Source: Octopus sinensis (taxonomy: Eukaryota). Taken from it: a DNA stretch of 64,000 nucleotides. The notes under the pieces were generated by a model that had not been told where the DNA came from, did not search any database, and saw nothing but the letters and a program-made list of their open reading frames with translations. Each line of letters begins with the position of its first letter. The stretch's first letter is position 1. Location of the stretch: assembly GCF_006345805.1 (NCBI RefSeq), contig NC_042999.1:126232001-126296000 (forward strand), given 5' to 3'. Below, in pieces: positions 13,634 through 26,439 of this stretch. The position numbers were made by a program, and so were the translations under genes.

Positions 13634-14885
13634 CATAAGGTCGGCTGAAAAGTTCATATGCTGACCATGATGCTGTCGTGGAATGTGACCGGATGAGGTT
13701 TATTTTTCAACATAGTCTCCCTTGCGGTTCACAACTTCTTTCATCGGTGTTGCTTGGATCCCATTGGAGAAGAAGCTTTCATCCTGTTGGTCAAAAAAGT
13801 ATTCAACAGCAGATATGAAGTCATCACTGTGATACTGATTGCCAGCCAAGTGCTTTATCATCTTGGGGAACTTATGATAGTCGCATGGGACTAAATCAGG
13901 ATATTAGGGACTGTGATCAACCAGTTCAAAGTCAGTCACATTCAGCAGCTACTGAAACGAAGGACTTCTGTGGTGCAGCGTTGCTCCGATGAAATCTGTT
14001 TCATCAGATTTCTTTGGCATTTGGTCTTAGTAGCCTTTCTTGACTACTTCAGTATGTTGGCGTAGTACTCTATTGATGGTGTTGTCCTTCTGAAGATAGT
14101 CAATAAACACAGTCTTTTGCATCGCAAAAACACTGAGGCCGTCTCATTCCTCAGGCCTTCCTGGGGCCTTCTTTGAAGCAAACGAGAATGGGTGTATCCA
14201 CTGCATGGGTTGTCTCTTTCTCTTTAAAGCAAAGTAAAGAACACAATGTTTATCTTGGCTTAGGAAACGTTCAAGGAAACCAGCTGGATCTGCCTCAAGC
14301 CAAGTCCGATTTTTCCGAGATGTAATCAACCTGGTGCACTTTTGATCAGGTGTTAGAAGACGTAGTACCCACCGAGCAGAAACCTTCATCATGCCAAGTT
14401 CATTATGCAGAATATTCTCAACTCTCTCACGGGATATGCTAATTGCATTGGCTATTTGATTTATAGTCAATCACCGGTCATCCATCAACATGTGGTATAC
14501 ACGATCAATGTTTCCCTCGGTGATGAGAGTTGCAGGATGTTCAGGCCTTGGGTCATCTTCAAGATTCTCCATTCCCTTCCTAAAATCAACCCCCCACTTT
14601 TGCACGGTTGATAAAGCTGGAGCATCTTCCCGAATGTAGAAACGATGTAAGCATGAATGTCCTTGGGGGCTAAGCCCTTTTTTCTGAAGGTACTTGAGAA
14701 AACCACAATGCGAAATTTTGCCCATTTTCAAGAGAAATCGTAACTACTTACTTTTGAAGTTTTCTTTGAACAGTCAGATGTCAGTTTACCTGGAAAGAAA
14801 CAGGGCAGTTGTTAATAAGAAGGATTGAAAGTAATGCATGCAAGATTTCTCAGCTCTAGCATCACTCCTCCATAGCCATAATAGT
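13634..14885 (-). mobile_element. Decayed mariner (DD34D) transposon; transposase pseudogene about 14725 to 13700
   Basis: Fragments MGKISHCG..KYLQKKGL..PKDIHA, STVQKW..F..G.E.LEDDPR, TINQIANAISISRERVENILHNELGM.KVSARWV.RLLT.DQK, ending RKGDYVEK*; TIR-like aggtcggctgaaaagttc at the left end; right TIR not recognisable; several frameshifts. Confidence 0.92.
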
Positions 14886-14944
14886 TAGTATGTCTATACA
14901 TATATGTGTATAAGTATATATACAAGTGTGCGTGTATATAAATA

Positions 14945-15170
14945 TTTATTCATAATATATATATATATATACACATGCATATATACATACATACATGCAT
15001 ACATACATACATATTAATACATATACATGTATATATATATATACATATATATATATACATATATATATATATGTATATATATACATATATACATATATAT
15101 ATGTGTATATATACATATATATATATATATATACATATATATATACATATATATATATATTTATACACAC

Positions 15171-15213
<43 letters not shown>

Positions 15214-15250
15214 CATATTTACGCACACATGTATGTATGCATATATATAT
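14945..15250. repeat. Degenerate (AT)/(ATAC) microsatellite
   Basis: Directly visible. Confidence 0.95.
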
Positions 15251-15629
15251 GTATACATGCATATACAATTATCTTTATATGTAAGTGCGTCTTTGTGTAA
15301 GCTTTTGTGAATCACTATGTGTATATGTGTGTCTATGAGCGTGTGGGTGAGAGATAGGACTGCATAGTTCGGCTGTCTGAGACTACGAGCTATTTTATAA
15401 TACAACCAATGTTTATATATTCGCGTTTATATTGAAATGAGTTTGTGTAGCGCAATGTACCGTAATACATGCTATCTCTTTTATCATTCAATTTGTTTTT
15501 ATATAAATAGATTCACGCATACACACAAATACAGAAAATGTGGATTCACACGCAATTTACACGCACTTATTCATATACAATCACATATGCTCGCGTACAA
15601 ACATATACATAAACATATATATATATATA

Positions 15630-15690
<61 letters not shown>

Positions 15691-15817
15691 TGTGGAATAT
15701 GTATGTATATATATGTATATGTATCATATGTAATGCAAATCAATTGAAATAATCATTTTCTATGAGTGTTTGCATTGTGTAGGTGTCAGTGTTTGTGTGA
15801 GTGCGTGAGTGTATGTA

Positions 15818-15857
<40 letters not shown>

Positions 15858-16229
15858 TGTGTGTGATTGTGTGTGTAATGTGCGCGCGCCCTTGCTATAT
15901 ATCTACTACAAGTTTGTTGTTATAGACTTTCATTAAAATCTGTCAAATTAGCTGAAATCCAGTGCATTTTCGGGGTAAAATGCTAGCCTTGTGAGGGACG
16001 TTGATCTTGTTTTGAGACGCCGTAATATGGTCGCCATTTATGCGGACAGTGTTAGCACTTAGATGTCAACTAATTTTCAAACTGAAATGGAGGAAGCAGA
16101 ATTAGTCGATTTCTGGGTAGGAGTAAAACTTGTCTGGACTATACATATACAGATTGAAAAAAATCGACACTCAAGGCTCAAGAACATGTAAGCGGGTTAT
16201 TTTAAATTTGGCTCTACACTGACAAATAT

Positions 16230-16610
16230 GAATGCTTGGTTTTCACCCGTTTTTATGTTCCGAGTTCAAATTCCGCTGAGACTGACTTAGCATTTTGTAG
16301 TCAATAAAATAAGCATCAATTAAATGCTAGGATCGATGTGACTAACTGCCCCCTCCCTCTCAAAAACTGCTGAGCCGTGCCAAATTTTGAAACCATTATT
16401 ATTATGGCAGAATCGTTAGCACGCCTGGCAAAATGCTTAGCGGCATTTTGTCCGTCTTTACGTTCTGAGTTCAAATTCCGTCGAGGTTAACTTTGCGTTT
16501 CTTCCTTTCGCGGTCGATAAAATAAGTACCAGTTGAGCACTGAGGTTGATTTAATCGATTTACCCCCACTCCCGAAATTGCTGGCCTTGTGCAAAAATTT
16601 GAAACCATTT
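16230..16610 (+). mobile_element. Two adjacent SINE family A copies
   Basis: gagttcaaattccg core at ~16262 and ~16467. Confidence 0.8.
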
Positions 16611-16624
16611 ATTATCATTCTTAT

Positions 16625-17065
16625 TAGAGAGACAGAGAGCAGCGCATACCACCAAAGTGTCACTGGGGTACAAATATGCGAAACCCAATTTACCCATCTT
16701 GACTAACCGTCTGATAAGGGTACACCAGACACATGCATCACAACCATATGTACATGGTGATTTCATATCAAGATAAACAGTGCATGACTTTGCAGGCGAG
16801 GCCCCGCTAAAATTTCTTCAGGTTGTGTAGCCCAACCCACTCAAAAGGTTCCTGAATGAAGGATGTTTAAGGATGATGATCGAAACACTCATGTTTCCAG
16901 AGGCAAATTATTCAAACCTCAAAGAATTCCTCTTAACACATGGCTATGATGCTCCCCCCACAACTTCTGCTTGTGATCAGAGATGCACATATCGTCAGCC
17001 ACTAAGAGATATGTTCAACTGGTTAAGGTCAATCAACTGACAAGCAAATCTGTGGTACTGAGCAG

Positions 17066-17066
<1 letters not shown>
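16625..17066. mobile_element. Non-coding interspersed element 'C', copy 1 (partial), bounded by (ATT)n
   Basis: Homologous to 30150-30676 (shared cacatgcatcacaacca, aaagaattcctc.aacacatggctatgatgctccccc, gtgatcagagatgcacatatcgtcagccactaag). Confidence 0.85.
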
Positions 17067-17130
<64 letters not shown>

Positions 17131-17171
17131 CATCATCATCATTATTATTATTGTTATTATTATCACTATTA

Positions 17172-17772
17172 TTTTGATTATCATCTTCTTTCAATTCTGT
17201 TTCCCTTTCTTACCGAGTGTGTTCCTGACACCTAGGGCAGAGAAACGCACTGTGTATATTGGTAGGCCATTAAAATAAACACACCAAATTTACAAAGTCA
17301 TGTGACTGAGAAAAAGGAGAAAAATATAACAAAGAAGATAAAGGGAAAGAAATTTCACAGCGACAATGCTCTTGTTAATACGTGTAACGTACCTGTTCAG
17401 ACAATCTTTTGCACTTCCTGTATGGATAGTAAGCCATGGATCACTCTTAAATAATTTTCAGTTCCTTTTTTGATCATTGCAAGTACTCCTACAATCATTG
17501 GTATTGTAACCGTCTTGAGATGCCACATCTTTATATTTTCTGAGCTGATCAAATTATTTTGTCGAGATATTGTGGTCACAGGATATGCTCATGTCAATCA
17601 ATAATCAGACTTTATTGTTTTGGTCTTTCACAACAATATCTGGTTTGTTTGCTCTGGTGGTCCGGTCTGTACATACTGGCAAGTCCCAAAGAATAGTTAC
17701 ATTTTCTCCCACAGTTACAGCCTCAGGGTATTGCTGGTACCGTTTGTCTGCTGTTTTGATTTTATAATGCTT
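17172..17772 (-). mobile_element. R4/Dong-type retrotransposon 3' fragment (RLE domain and 3' UTR) between (TAA)n tracts
   Basis: ENVTILWDLPVCTDRTTRANKPDIVVKD...LIDMS...KYKD...MWHLKTVTIPMIVGVLAMIKKG; in-frame stops, so decayed. Confidence 0.88.
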
Positions 17773-17881
17773 TATTATTATTATTGTTGTTGTTGGTGGT
17801 GGTGGTGGTGGTGTTGTCGTCCCCCTCATTCTTCTCCCTTGTGGCAAATAAATGAAATCATCATCATCATTGTTGTTGTTG

Positions 17882-17943
<62 letters not shown>

Positions 17944-17957
17944 TTATTATTATTATT

Positions 17958-18142
17958 AAGGCAGCGAAGTGGCAGAATCGCTGGACGAAATGCTTAGCGG
18001 TATTTCACCTGTCTCTACGTTCTGAGTTCAAATTCCGCCGAGGCCGACTTTGCCTTTAATCCTTTCGAGGTTGATAAAATAAGTACCAGTTGAACACTGG
18101 GGTCGATATAATCGACTCATCCTCACCTCCTCCAAATGAAAG
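17958..18142 (+). mobile_element. SINE family A copy within (ATT)n
   Basis: aaggcagcgaagtggcagaatcg...gagttcaaattccgccgagg; (ATT)n on both sides. Confidence 0.85.
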
Positions 18143-18211
<69 letters not shown>

Positions 18212-18600
18212 TTTTTATAGACAACTCCTTCTATGTATTTATTTGTTATTGGCTATTGTTTATGTAAGTCAGTATTTCTTCCGCAGCTGGTTTTTAACTG
18301 TCTGTGGGAGTAAACTGGGAGAAGACCGGCCAGGTGACTACTAGATCGTTTTAAGATGTTTTCTTGTTATTAGCCACCACTTTGTACCAGGTCACCGACA
18401 CGAAAAAGAAAAGAAGGACAGAAATACGAAAATAAACTCTAAAACAAAAATAACATAAACTGCAACCTTTCAGAATGCCATACTTTTCTTCAATTATCTG
18501 TCTGTTTAATGGTGAGTAACAGACAAGTCTTCACGTTATCTTATGATTTCAACATACTTGAGTGTGTATACCATATTTACATAATTATCAAATAACTTTG

Positions 18601-18637
<37 letters not shown>

Positions 18638-18925
18638 CCCGCCCCCACAAAAATATATGATTAAAAATTAGTATCGATAAATCACTGGTTTCTTACAGAG
18701 AAACAAGATCGACTGATCTAATAGGGAAATATAATAATTGTTAAGAGACGTACCTCTGTTAACATGAAACCAATGGTAGTCTGGTTAATCCACAAATAAA
18801 GAAAATTTATTTATTTATCCACTAATGTGGTATTGAGCATCCAATGTCACTGATCGATAGTTACGTATATGTATATACATATATACACACACACAAACAT
18901 ATAAACACACACACACACACACACA

Positions 18926-19026
<101 letters not shown>

Positions 19027-19202
19027 TGCATATATATGTGTGTGTATGTGTAAGTGGTGAATGGACAAAAACAATAAAAAAACAACAGGGACAAGTTTTC
19101 CCAAAGGTGAAAAAAGAGGAAAGGAAATAGAAAAGGGTCGTTGAAAGGAGAAGCGGGGATAATCAGATGAATGAAAAATAAATTATACACACACACACAC
19201 AC

Positions 19203-19850
19203 ACAAGGGAGTCCAGGCTAAATTTGGTCATACTTTATGTCTCCTTTTTTCATGTATAGGTTAATTCCACAGCGGTGGAGAACATAAAGATTAAAGTTTG
19301 TACGTCAGAAAAAGTTACCTGATATGGAGGACTGAAAGCCATCTGAAAATTAGGCAAGAGTTACCTGTAGCATGACTGTATTTTGATGATTTTCCGACAT
19401 TATGACTACCGCTCAATGCTCTGTGAATATTGTAAAGTCTTTGGGTGAGTCTTTAGTGAGAGTGATGTCATGTCGTCTCACAGCTGTTAACAAGGTATTA
19501 GGCTCGATTCAGACGGTTATATGAAGCTGCTTGAAACAGTGGTCAGTTCCTGACTGGAAAGATTTCTCCTGGAAGGCCATGTGCAGCAGCAGTTTTCAGC
19601 ACTTTCTCATACCTTCGCAAAAAGTTAAAATTTCTATGACTTCACCTGCTCCATTTTCTGGCCCCGATTATAATCTTATGGATTACTTTGCGTGGAACAT
19701 GGTTGCGAAAGACGTCCACCACTTTGCCTGCAGCACCATGGCCAAAGAGGTGCTCGAAGATCTTTCCAGGGACACTATACAATGAATTCCAATGTTCTTG
19801 CAGTGCAGAAGCATCTCTTCGGGTGATATAACATGGTTTCTCGTAACATA
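19203..19850 (+). mobile_element. Tc1/mariner superfamily (maT/DD37D-like) transposase relic
   Basis: Across frameshifts reads VFG..SESDVM..H...GIRLDSDGYMKLLETVV...GRP.V.QQ.SA..HT...YDFT...WP..DYNLMDYFAW..V.KD...EVLEDLSRDT. Confidence 0.7.
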
Positions 19851-20878
19851 ATTGCTGTTTCGTTCTTAAGCTTAACTAGAGCATGTTGGTAGCAGTCGTA
19901 TCTAAAATACATTGAAAATCCTGGACGAGCAAGACAAACATGACAAATGAAGAAACATCCAATGTTTCCATAAAGAAATGTAAAATCATTTAATTCTCTC
20001 GAAACTTCAACTTCTACGACGACCAATTGCTTTTGAATTAAAATTAATGAGAAAATAGCGATGGCTAAATACGAATATCTTAAACGAAACAAAAAGACGA
20101 ACGATTGGTCGAGCTTTGATTTTTATCCAGTTATGATCAGTTATGGTAAGTTGTAATCAGTTATGGTCAGTTATGAACGTAAATAAGTAACAAAACCAAA
20201 CTCGGAAAAAGACTGGAGCTTCTTGAAAGTATTCAGATTTGTGTTGTATTAAAAAGCGAACAAACGGATCAATTTTGCAAAAAGTTGAAATAAGTTATTA
20301 TTTAACACACTCATGCCATAGTATTTTAACATACGAGTAAATGATAGTCGTGTGAAACGTTTTGTTTGAATGGTTGAGTGGGGAAATAGAAGAAATAGTC
20401 CATGACGAAGATGGAGGGATGAAGTCAAATATTTTTGTAAATGATTGATTTAATGAACTAAAATTCTGGTTACAAATCGAACAGATATGATACATAAGTT
20501 TTTGAAACCTTTTCAGGTTTACGTAGTTTTTACGGCTCCAGGTGACAGTTGATACATATCATACATACACACTCACTTACATACATTCACTGTCTCCCAT
20601 ATCGGAGGTGAGGAATTCTCGTCCAAGCATGTGGCTAGCTGCAAGTACAGGTCATTGGAAGGCAACCCACCCACCCCGAAATGCATCTGGCGTTTTCGCT
20701 TGCTACTGCTGGAGCGATCTCCCTCTTTGATATATGTTGTATTTTTAATACAGCACGTCCAGTATACCGTAGTGACTGGCCTAATGTATAGAGACTATTA
20801 GTGTATATACATTAAGTATGACACATAGATGGTTACACACACACCACACAAACACACACACACACACACAGACACACA

Positions 20879-20936
<58 letters not shown>

Positions 20937-21181
20937 CATATATGTTTCAAGATATTTACGGTTAAATCCTACAAGTGATAGTTTAGACTCTGATCGCTCC
21001 GGGTTATCAATAACGTAATAGTTTTATTTCATTAAAATGGTATTCTTCTTGGCCTTTCATCTTTTCTGGGTCTATAAAATAAGTACCTGTTGAGCACTGG
21101 GATCGGTGTAATCAACTTTCCCCCTCCCCCAAAATTTCTGACTTTGTGTCAATAGTAAAATGAATCAATTATATGAAATAT

Positions 21182-21375
21182 TAAGGTGCGAGCTGGCAGA
21201 ATCGCTACCACGCCAAAGAAGACGCCGAGCAGCATTTCTTCCGGTCCTTACATTCTGAGTTCAAATTCGGCCGCGGTCGACTTTACCTTTCATAAGTACC
21301 AGTTGACTACTGGGATCGATGTAACTGACTAGCGCCCCTCATCTCAAATTTCAAGCCTTTGTACCACTTGTACAA
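21182..21375 (+). mobile_element. SINE family A copy (with degenerate neighbours at ~21040-21160 and ~21440-21600)
   Basis: aaggtgcgagctggcagaatcg...ctgagttcaaattcggcc. Confidence 0.75.
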
Positions 21376-22341
21376 AGAATTAATTATATCAAATATTGAT
21401 AAAAGAACTATTTCACTATCAAACTACTCGGCCATTGCTAGAGAACTATTACATTGGCCTAGTACTTCATCGATTCCGTAAAGATGAAAGACAATCTTAA
21501 CGCCGGTAAGAGTTGAAATCACAACGTAGAGGAACGAATCTAAATAAAACAAGGCATTTTGTCAATCGACTTTTCGATTCAGCTAATCCACCACTCCTTA
21601 GCATAATTTCAAAATATTGGGAGTGAGTAATTTCTATTGCATAGGTTGCATAAGCTTAATAAGACTTAACACTAAATACGCACTTCCTGCTGCTTTCGAC
21701 ATTTTGCATATTTTGTTATTGCCATGAGATTTCTAAGTAAGTCGTTTCCTTCTCTTTGATTTTTTTTTTTGTTCTTTTCTTTTTCTTTTTCTATTTCTTC
21801 TTTGGAATGTATTCGGCCTACTGCAAAATGTTTTTTTTATTAGTTAGAGATAAACCCGAAACAAATAATATGAAATTAACGATTAAACTATTTTACAACA
21901 ACAAAATATTCATAATTAAAAATTAATAATTATTAAATTGCTAATAAATTTTCAAGTTTATTTAATAACTTCTCGCTTACGAAAGCAGCCACACGATCAG
22001 TATATGATAACGTCTAAGGGTTGAGTGGTATTAATGAGGACAAAATTCTTTCAAACCAGAAAATCCACTGAGAAAGAAAAAGGCGTTTCACAACTCATGC
22101 AAAGATTCAAATGATTTCTCTATTGCACATGCACGCGCGCACCGACACGCACATAATTGACATACATACATATATATGTATATAAATATATACATATGTG
22201 TGTGTGTGTGTGTGTGTGTCCATACACACACATCACACATATGCAAACATACATAAATATGTATGTATATATATATATATATCCATATACACACATGCAT
22301 ATATATATATATGTTTGTATTTATATATGTATGTATGTATT

Positions 22342-22375
<34 letters not shown>

Positions 22376-22397
22376 TGTATGTATGTATGTATGTATG

Positions 22398-22431
<34 letters not shown>

Positions 22432-22892
22432 TGTATGTATGTATGTATGTGTGTGTGTATGTGTGTACACACACACACACATGTATATAATCGGTCAAAA
22501 TGATGAGATATAAGTTACAGCTCTCTACGACCTGGGTTGAAATCCCACCGAGATCAACTAATATTTTCTCCTTCCGAAACAGATAATATAAAACCTCCGT
22601 CAAGTGCTGCGATCGATTAATCGATTACAATCCTCCCACCAAACTTTGTGGCTTTGTACCTACTCTTTCTGTTATTCTTTTACTTGTTAGAGTCCTCTTG
22701 ACTGCGGTCATGCTGGTTTTTAGTCGAAGAAATCGACCCGTAGACTCATTCTTTGTCAGCCTAGTACTTATTTTATCGGACTCTTTTGCCGAACCGCAGA
22801 CACACACACGCACACAAATATATATATATGAAAATAGTAATGCAATACGAGAGTATTGCTTTCCAGTAAAGAATAGCTCGTGAGGGTAAAAT

Positions 22893-23386
22893 TATACATA
22901 AAAGTAAATAAATGGTACAACGAAGTACCGATATTTACTGGGAAATAGCGAACGTAATAAATACGACGCTAATGTATAGCCCCACTGCGTATGTACTAGT
23001 AAAGATGCGTGTGTGCAACAAACATGAAAAAAATTGTCTTACCTCTAGGAAGAACATCTGAAAATTGAAAAACCTAGATAACGGATAATGCAGTACCGGT
23101 TTCGGATTTTTCAAAATACGAATGCCAATCGTATAATTGATTTATCCTCATCAGCTGCATAAACCTCAACAATATTTCAAATGTTGCCACATTATCCGTT
23201 ATCTAGGTTTTTCATTTTTCAGATGTTCTTCCTAGAAGTAAGACAATTTTTTTCATGTTTGTTGCACACACGCATCTTTACTAGTACATACGCAGTGGGG
23301 CTATACATTAGCGTCGTATTTATTACGTTCGCTATTTCCAGTAAATATCGGTACTTCGTTGTACCATTTATTTACTTTTATATATA
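22893..23386. repeat. Long foldback inverted repeat, ~197-bp arms, ~99-bp spacer
   Basis: 22893-23090 is the reverse complement of 23190-23386 with about 4 differences. Confidence 0.95.
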
Positions 23387-23665
23387 TATTGGGTTGGCAA
23401 CTAAGTTCCCGTCGTTTTTTTTTTAAATTTTGGAATCTATTTTTTACGAGAATTCTATTTTTGAATTATTTTTGAATCTATTTTGTGTTTTTTTTAGTTA
23501 ATTTTAGTTCTTTTTTGTCTATTTTCAGATCATTAAAATGGAATGTCAAATTAAGAAAAACGAGTATTTTCGACACTTCCTTTTTGCTTTTAATCAAGGT
23601 TCTAAGGCCGCAAAAGCCGCAAAAGCTGCTCTCGACATTTGTGCTGTGTATGGAGAGGATGACAC
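23387..23665 (+). mobile_element. Mariner 5' fragment (TIR plus start of HTH domain)
   Basis: TA followed by ttgggttggcaactaagttccc; MECQIKKNEYFRHFLFAFNQGSKAAKAA..DICAVYGE resembles the mariner N-terminal HTH; similarity lost after ~23660. Confidence 0.75.
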
Positions 23666-23834
23666 AGGAAGGAATATGATTAAGAAATACGCTATTAGGG
23701 CATTCGGCTTAGAAGTTCAATTCCAGGCGACGCGTTGTGTCCAATTTATTTCACGTTGTTCCAGTCCACCTAGCTAGCAAAAATTATTAGCTTTTCAAAG
23801 GGCCAGTCTTGTCATTTTATATGCCACGCTGAAT

Positions 23835-23965
23835 CTCGTTAAGGGTGCAGGTGTCTGTGGAGTGCTCGGCCACTTGCACGTTAATTTCACGTGCAAGCTG
23901 TTCCATTAATCGCATCAACTAGGACCCTCATTCTCGTAACCGACAGAGTGCTCCTACATATTGCC
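23835..23965. repeat. Short SINE-like fragment with a 9-bp hairpin
   Basis: cttgcacgt (23873-81), 7-nt loop, acgtgcaag (23889-97); family assignment uncertain. Confidence 0.35.
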
Positions 23966-24113
23966 TATCTTTGTTTTAAGAGTTTGGGTCAAGATGGAAA
24001 AGAAAGGCGCAATCAGGACAGAATTGGAAACGCACTGTGTCAGGGATGTGCAATAGCATCTGAGGGTCGGGTCGATACTGTCATATATATATATAAACAT
24101 ATACGCACACACT

Positions 24114-24150
<37 letters not shown>

Positions 24151-24879
24151 ATATACGCACACACTCACACATATATATATATATATTATATATATATATA
24201 TATATATAATATATATATATATATATTATATATATATATAATATATATATATATATGTATATATATATGTATATATGTACGTGTTGTATGTCTGTGACAT
24301 GTATGTATGCATGTTTATGTTCACCAGTTTTAAAACAGGTGTTATCTAAAAATAAGATAACCATTTAGAAGTTGTATGAATATAGATAATATAGATAATA
24401 ATAGTATGAATATAGACAATATACGCACCAGAATGAACCTAAGTATTGGGGTCGATATGATAAATTGGAACAGCTGAAGAGAGTGCTCAAGTGTGGCTGC
24501 AGACCAGTGGCAGAAACCAATGAATGAATAAAAAAAAATTTTCGCGTTTGTGATGTAATTGTGTGACTATATATATATACATACTACATATGTGAATGTG
24601 TGTATATAGACTCAGATACACGTATGTAAGTATATACAAATTTAAGTGTGTATATATATGTATGTATGTATTACCAAAGCCACAGAACTTGAATACAAAT
24701 GTTAACACTACCAGGTGCTGCACAATACAATGGAAACACAGAACCTTTGTATGTTTACTGTTTGCAATACATTCAAATCCTACACATACAAATTAATGTT
24801 CTGATCTATGCATCGGATACGTGCATGCAGTAACAATAAGATCTGCAATTGTAATAGTAACAATCGTCTTTGGTTAGGG

Positions 24880-25290
24880 CACACATCCAGTAGTTTTGTG
24901 GGGCGGACATTTGACGATTCTATCGACCACAGTATTTGACTGGTACTTTATTTCATTTATTCTGAAAAGGTGAAAGGTAAATTCGACCTTGGGGATTTTT
25001 TAAACCAGAAAATAAAAGCCAGGATAAATACCACGAAGCATTCTTTTTTTTTTTTTACGCATTAATGATTCTACCTGTTTGTCACTCATATAATAACGGT
25101 TCCTGATTGAGGCCCAAGGTCAGCAATTTTGAGAAGACAAAATCAGTCGGTTAAATCGACTCCAATATTTGACCGGTACTTCATTTTGTCTACAGATCTT
25201 CGAGAGATTTTAACTCAGGACATAGCGTGCCGAAACGAGCGCTGCAAAGTATTTTTTGCCGAGGCTCTAACAGTTCTGCCAATAATAATG
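24880..25290 (-). mobile_element. Two degenerate SINE family A copies
   Basis: gactggtactt...gaaaggtaaattcgacc; ccggtacttcattt...ttaactcagga. Confidence 0.6.
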
Positions 25291-26375
25291 AATTCTATTA
25301 TTTGCCTAAGGGGTTATTGGTTGAAGACAGTCTGACAAGGGCAGGTTACAATTTCTGAGACTGTTTACGCATAAATGAGTGAGAAGAAAGAAAAAATAAA
25401 AGAATAGAGAGAAATGAACAGATAAATATGCATAGTATACAAATATATGTGCACATGGATGATACAACCCTCCTGATTCATGAGGGCCTCCAATTAAGGC
25501 CCATCAAGGAATCCCACACATACAAGAACAACCTAACTACCAAGGGCAAGTGCCTCTTTTAGCTGTTGTTTTTCCGATTTGCAGGCGCATACTTAGAGTA
25601 TTTCCATACAATGTAACAATTTTTGACAATCACCCACCTTCTGACAAATTTACTAGAGAGCTCCTTCACTTGACCCTCACCTGTCTTTCTAAGTGGAATA
25701 TAGCAATCTTTTCATTTATATAATTTTCAAGAGGGCTGTACGTTCATTCAAGTATAAAGTTACGCCACGTGACAGGGTGTACACACACTGTTACATAAAA
25801 AACAAAGTATGAGGCGCGAAAACGTTATGCAGTATATTACAGCATATTAAATATTCAAATAAAACACTCAAATACATTAATGAATACATAAATATGAATA
25901 ATATAATACAAATAAAATATAAATAAAACAAATAAGCTGAACTCCCTCACACATGGATTACCAGAGTTATCAGAGTTGAATCAGATTACAACACGTTTCA
26001 GCTGCCTTCAGCTCTTCTTACGGCAAATGGTACATCCAAAAGTTCTTGTGAGCTTTAGCTACGCTTGTTTCATGGGATGACATACTATCAGTTCGGTTTT
26101 CGCCACTGTCGTCCAATATCTGAGTGTGTTTGAGATTCTGGTCCTAAACATATCTCATCAATTAACGCAACATTATCCTCTACATTTTCCTTCAGGTCGT
26201 TTGTTACATCACTGAGAATCTTGTTGGTGCTTCAAATGTCCTTGAATCTCATGCTGACCTGAAGAAAGGAGCTCCTAGTCGTGGGTCTGACACATCTTAG
26301 GTTTGGGCTGATTTTTGTGAATCTGCTGTTATTGACAGCTTTCTTTCTTTCTCTGTCTGTCTGTCTGTCTCTGTC

Positions 26376-26439
<64 letters not shown>

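Noticed and set aside
18287-18333. Plus-strand micro-exon candidate (ttcttccgcag|...CCAG|gtgact)
   Set aside because: Splice-like dinucleotides are frequent by chance; the peptide WFLTVCGSKLGEDRP is unrecognised and has no supporting neighbour exons.
20542-20607. 66-nt open exon candidate ending GAG|gtgagg
   Set aside because: Content is partly (CATA/CA) repeat and the product is not recognisable.
25991-26022. Hammerhead-like relic on the minus strand (AGCTG-AAGG-CAGCT-GAAAC)
   Set aside because: Helix II and GAAA are present, but CUGANGA is destroyed and helices I and III are poor.
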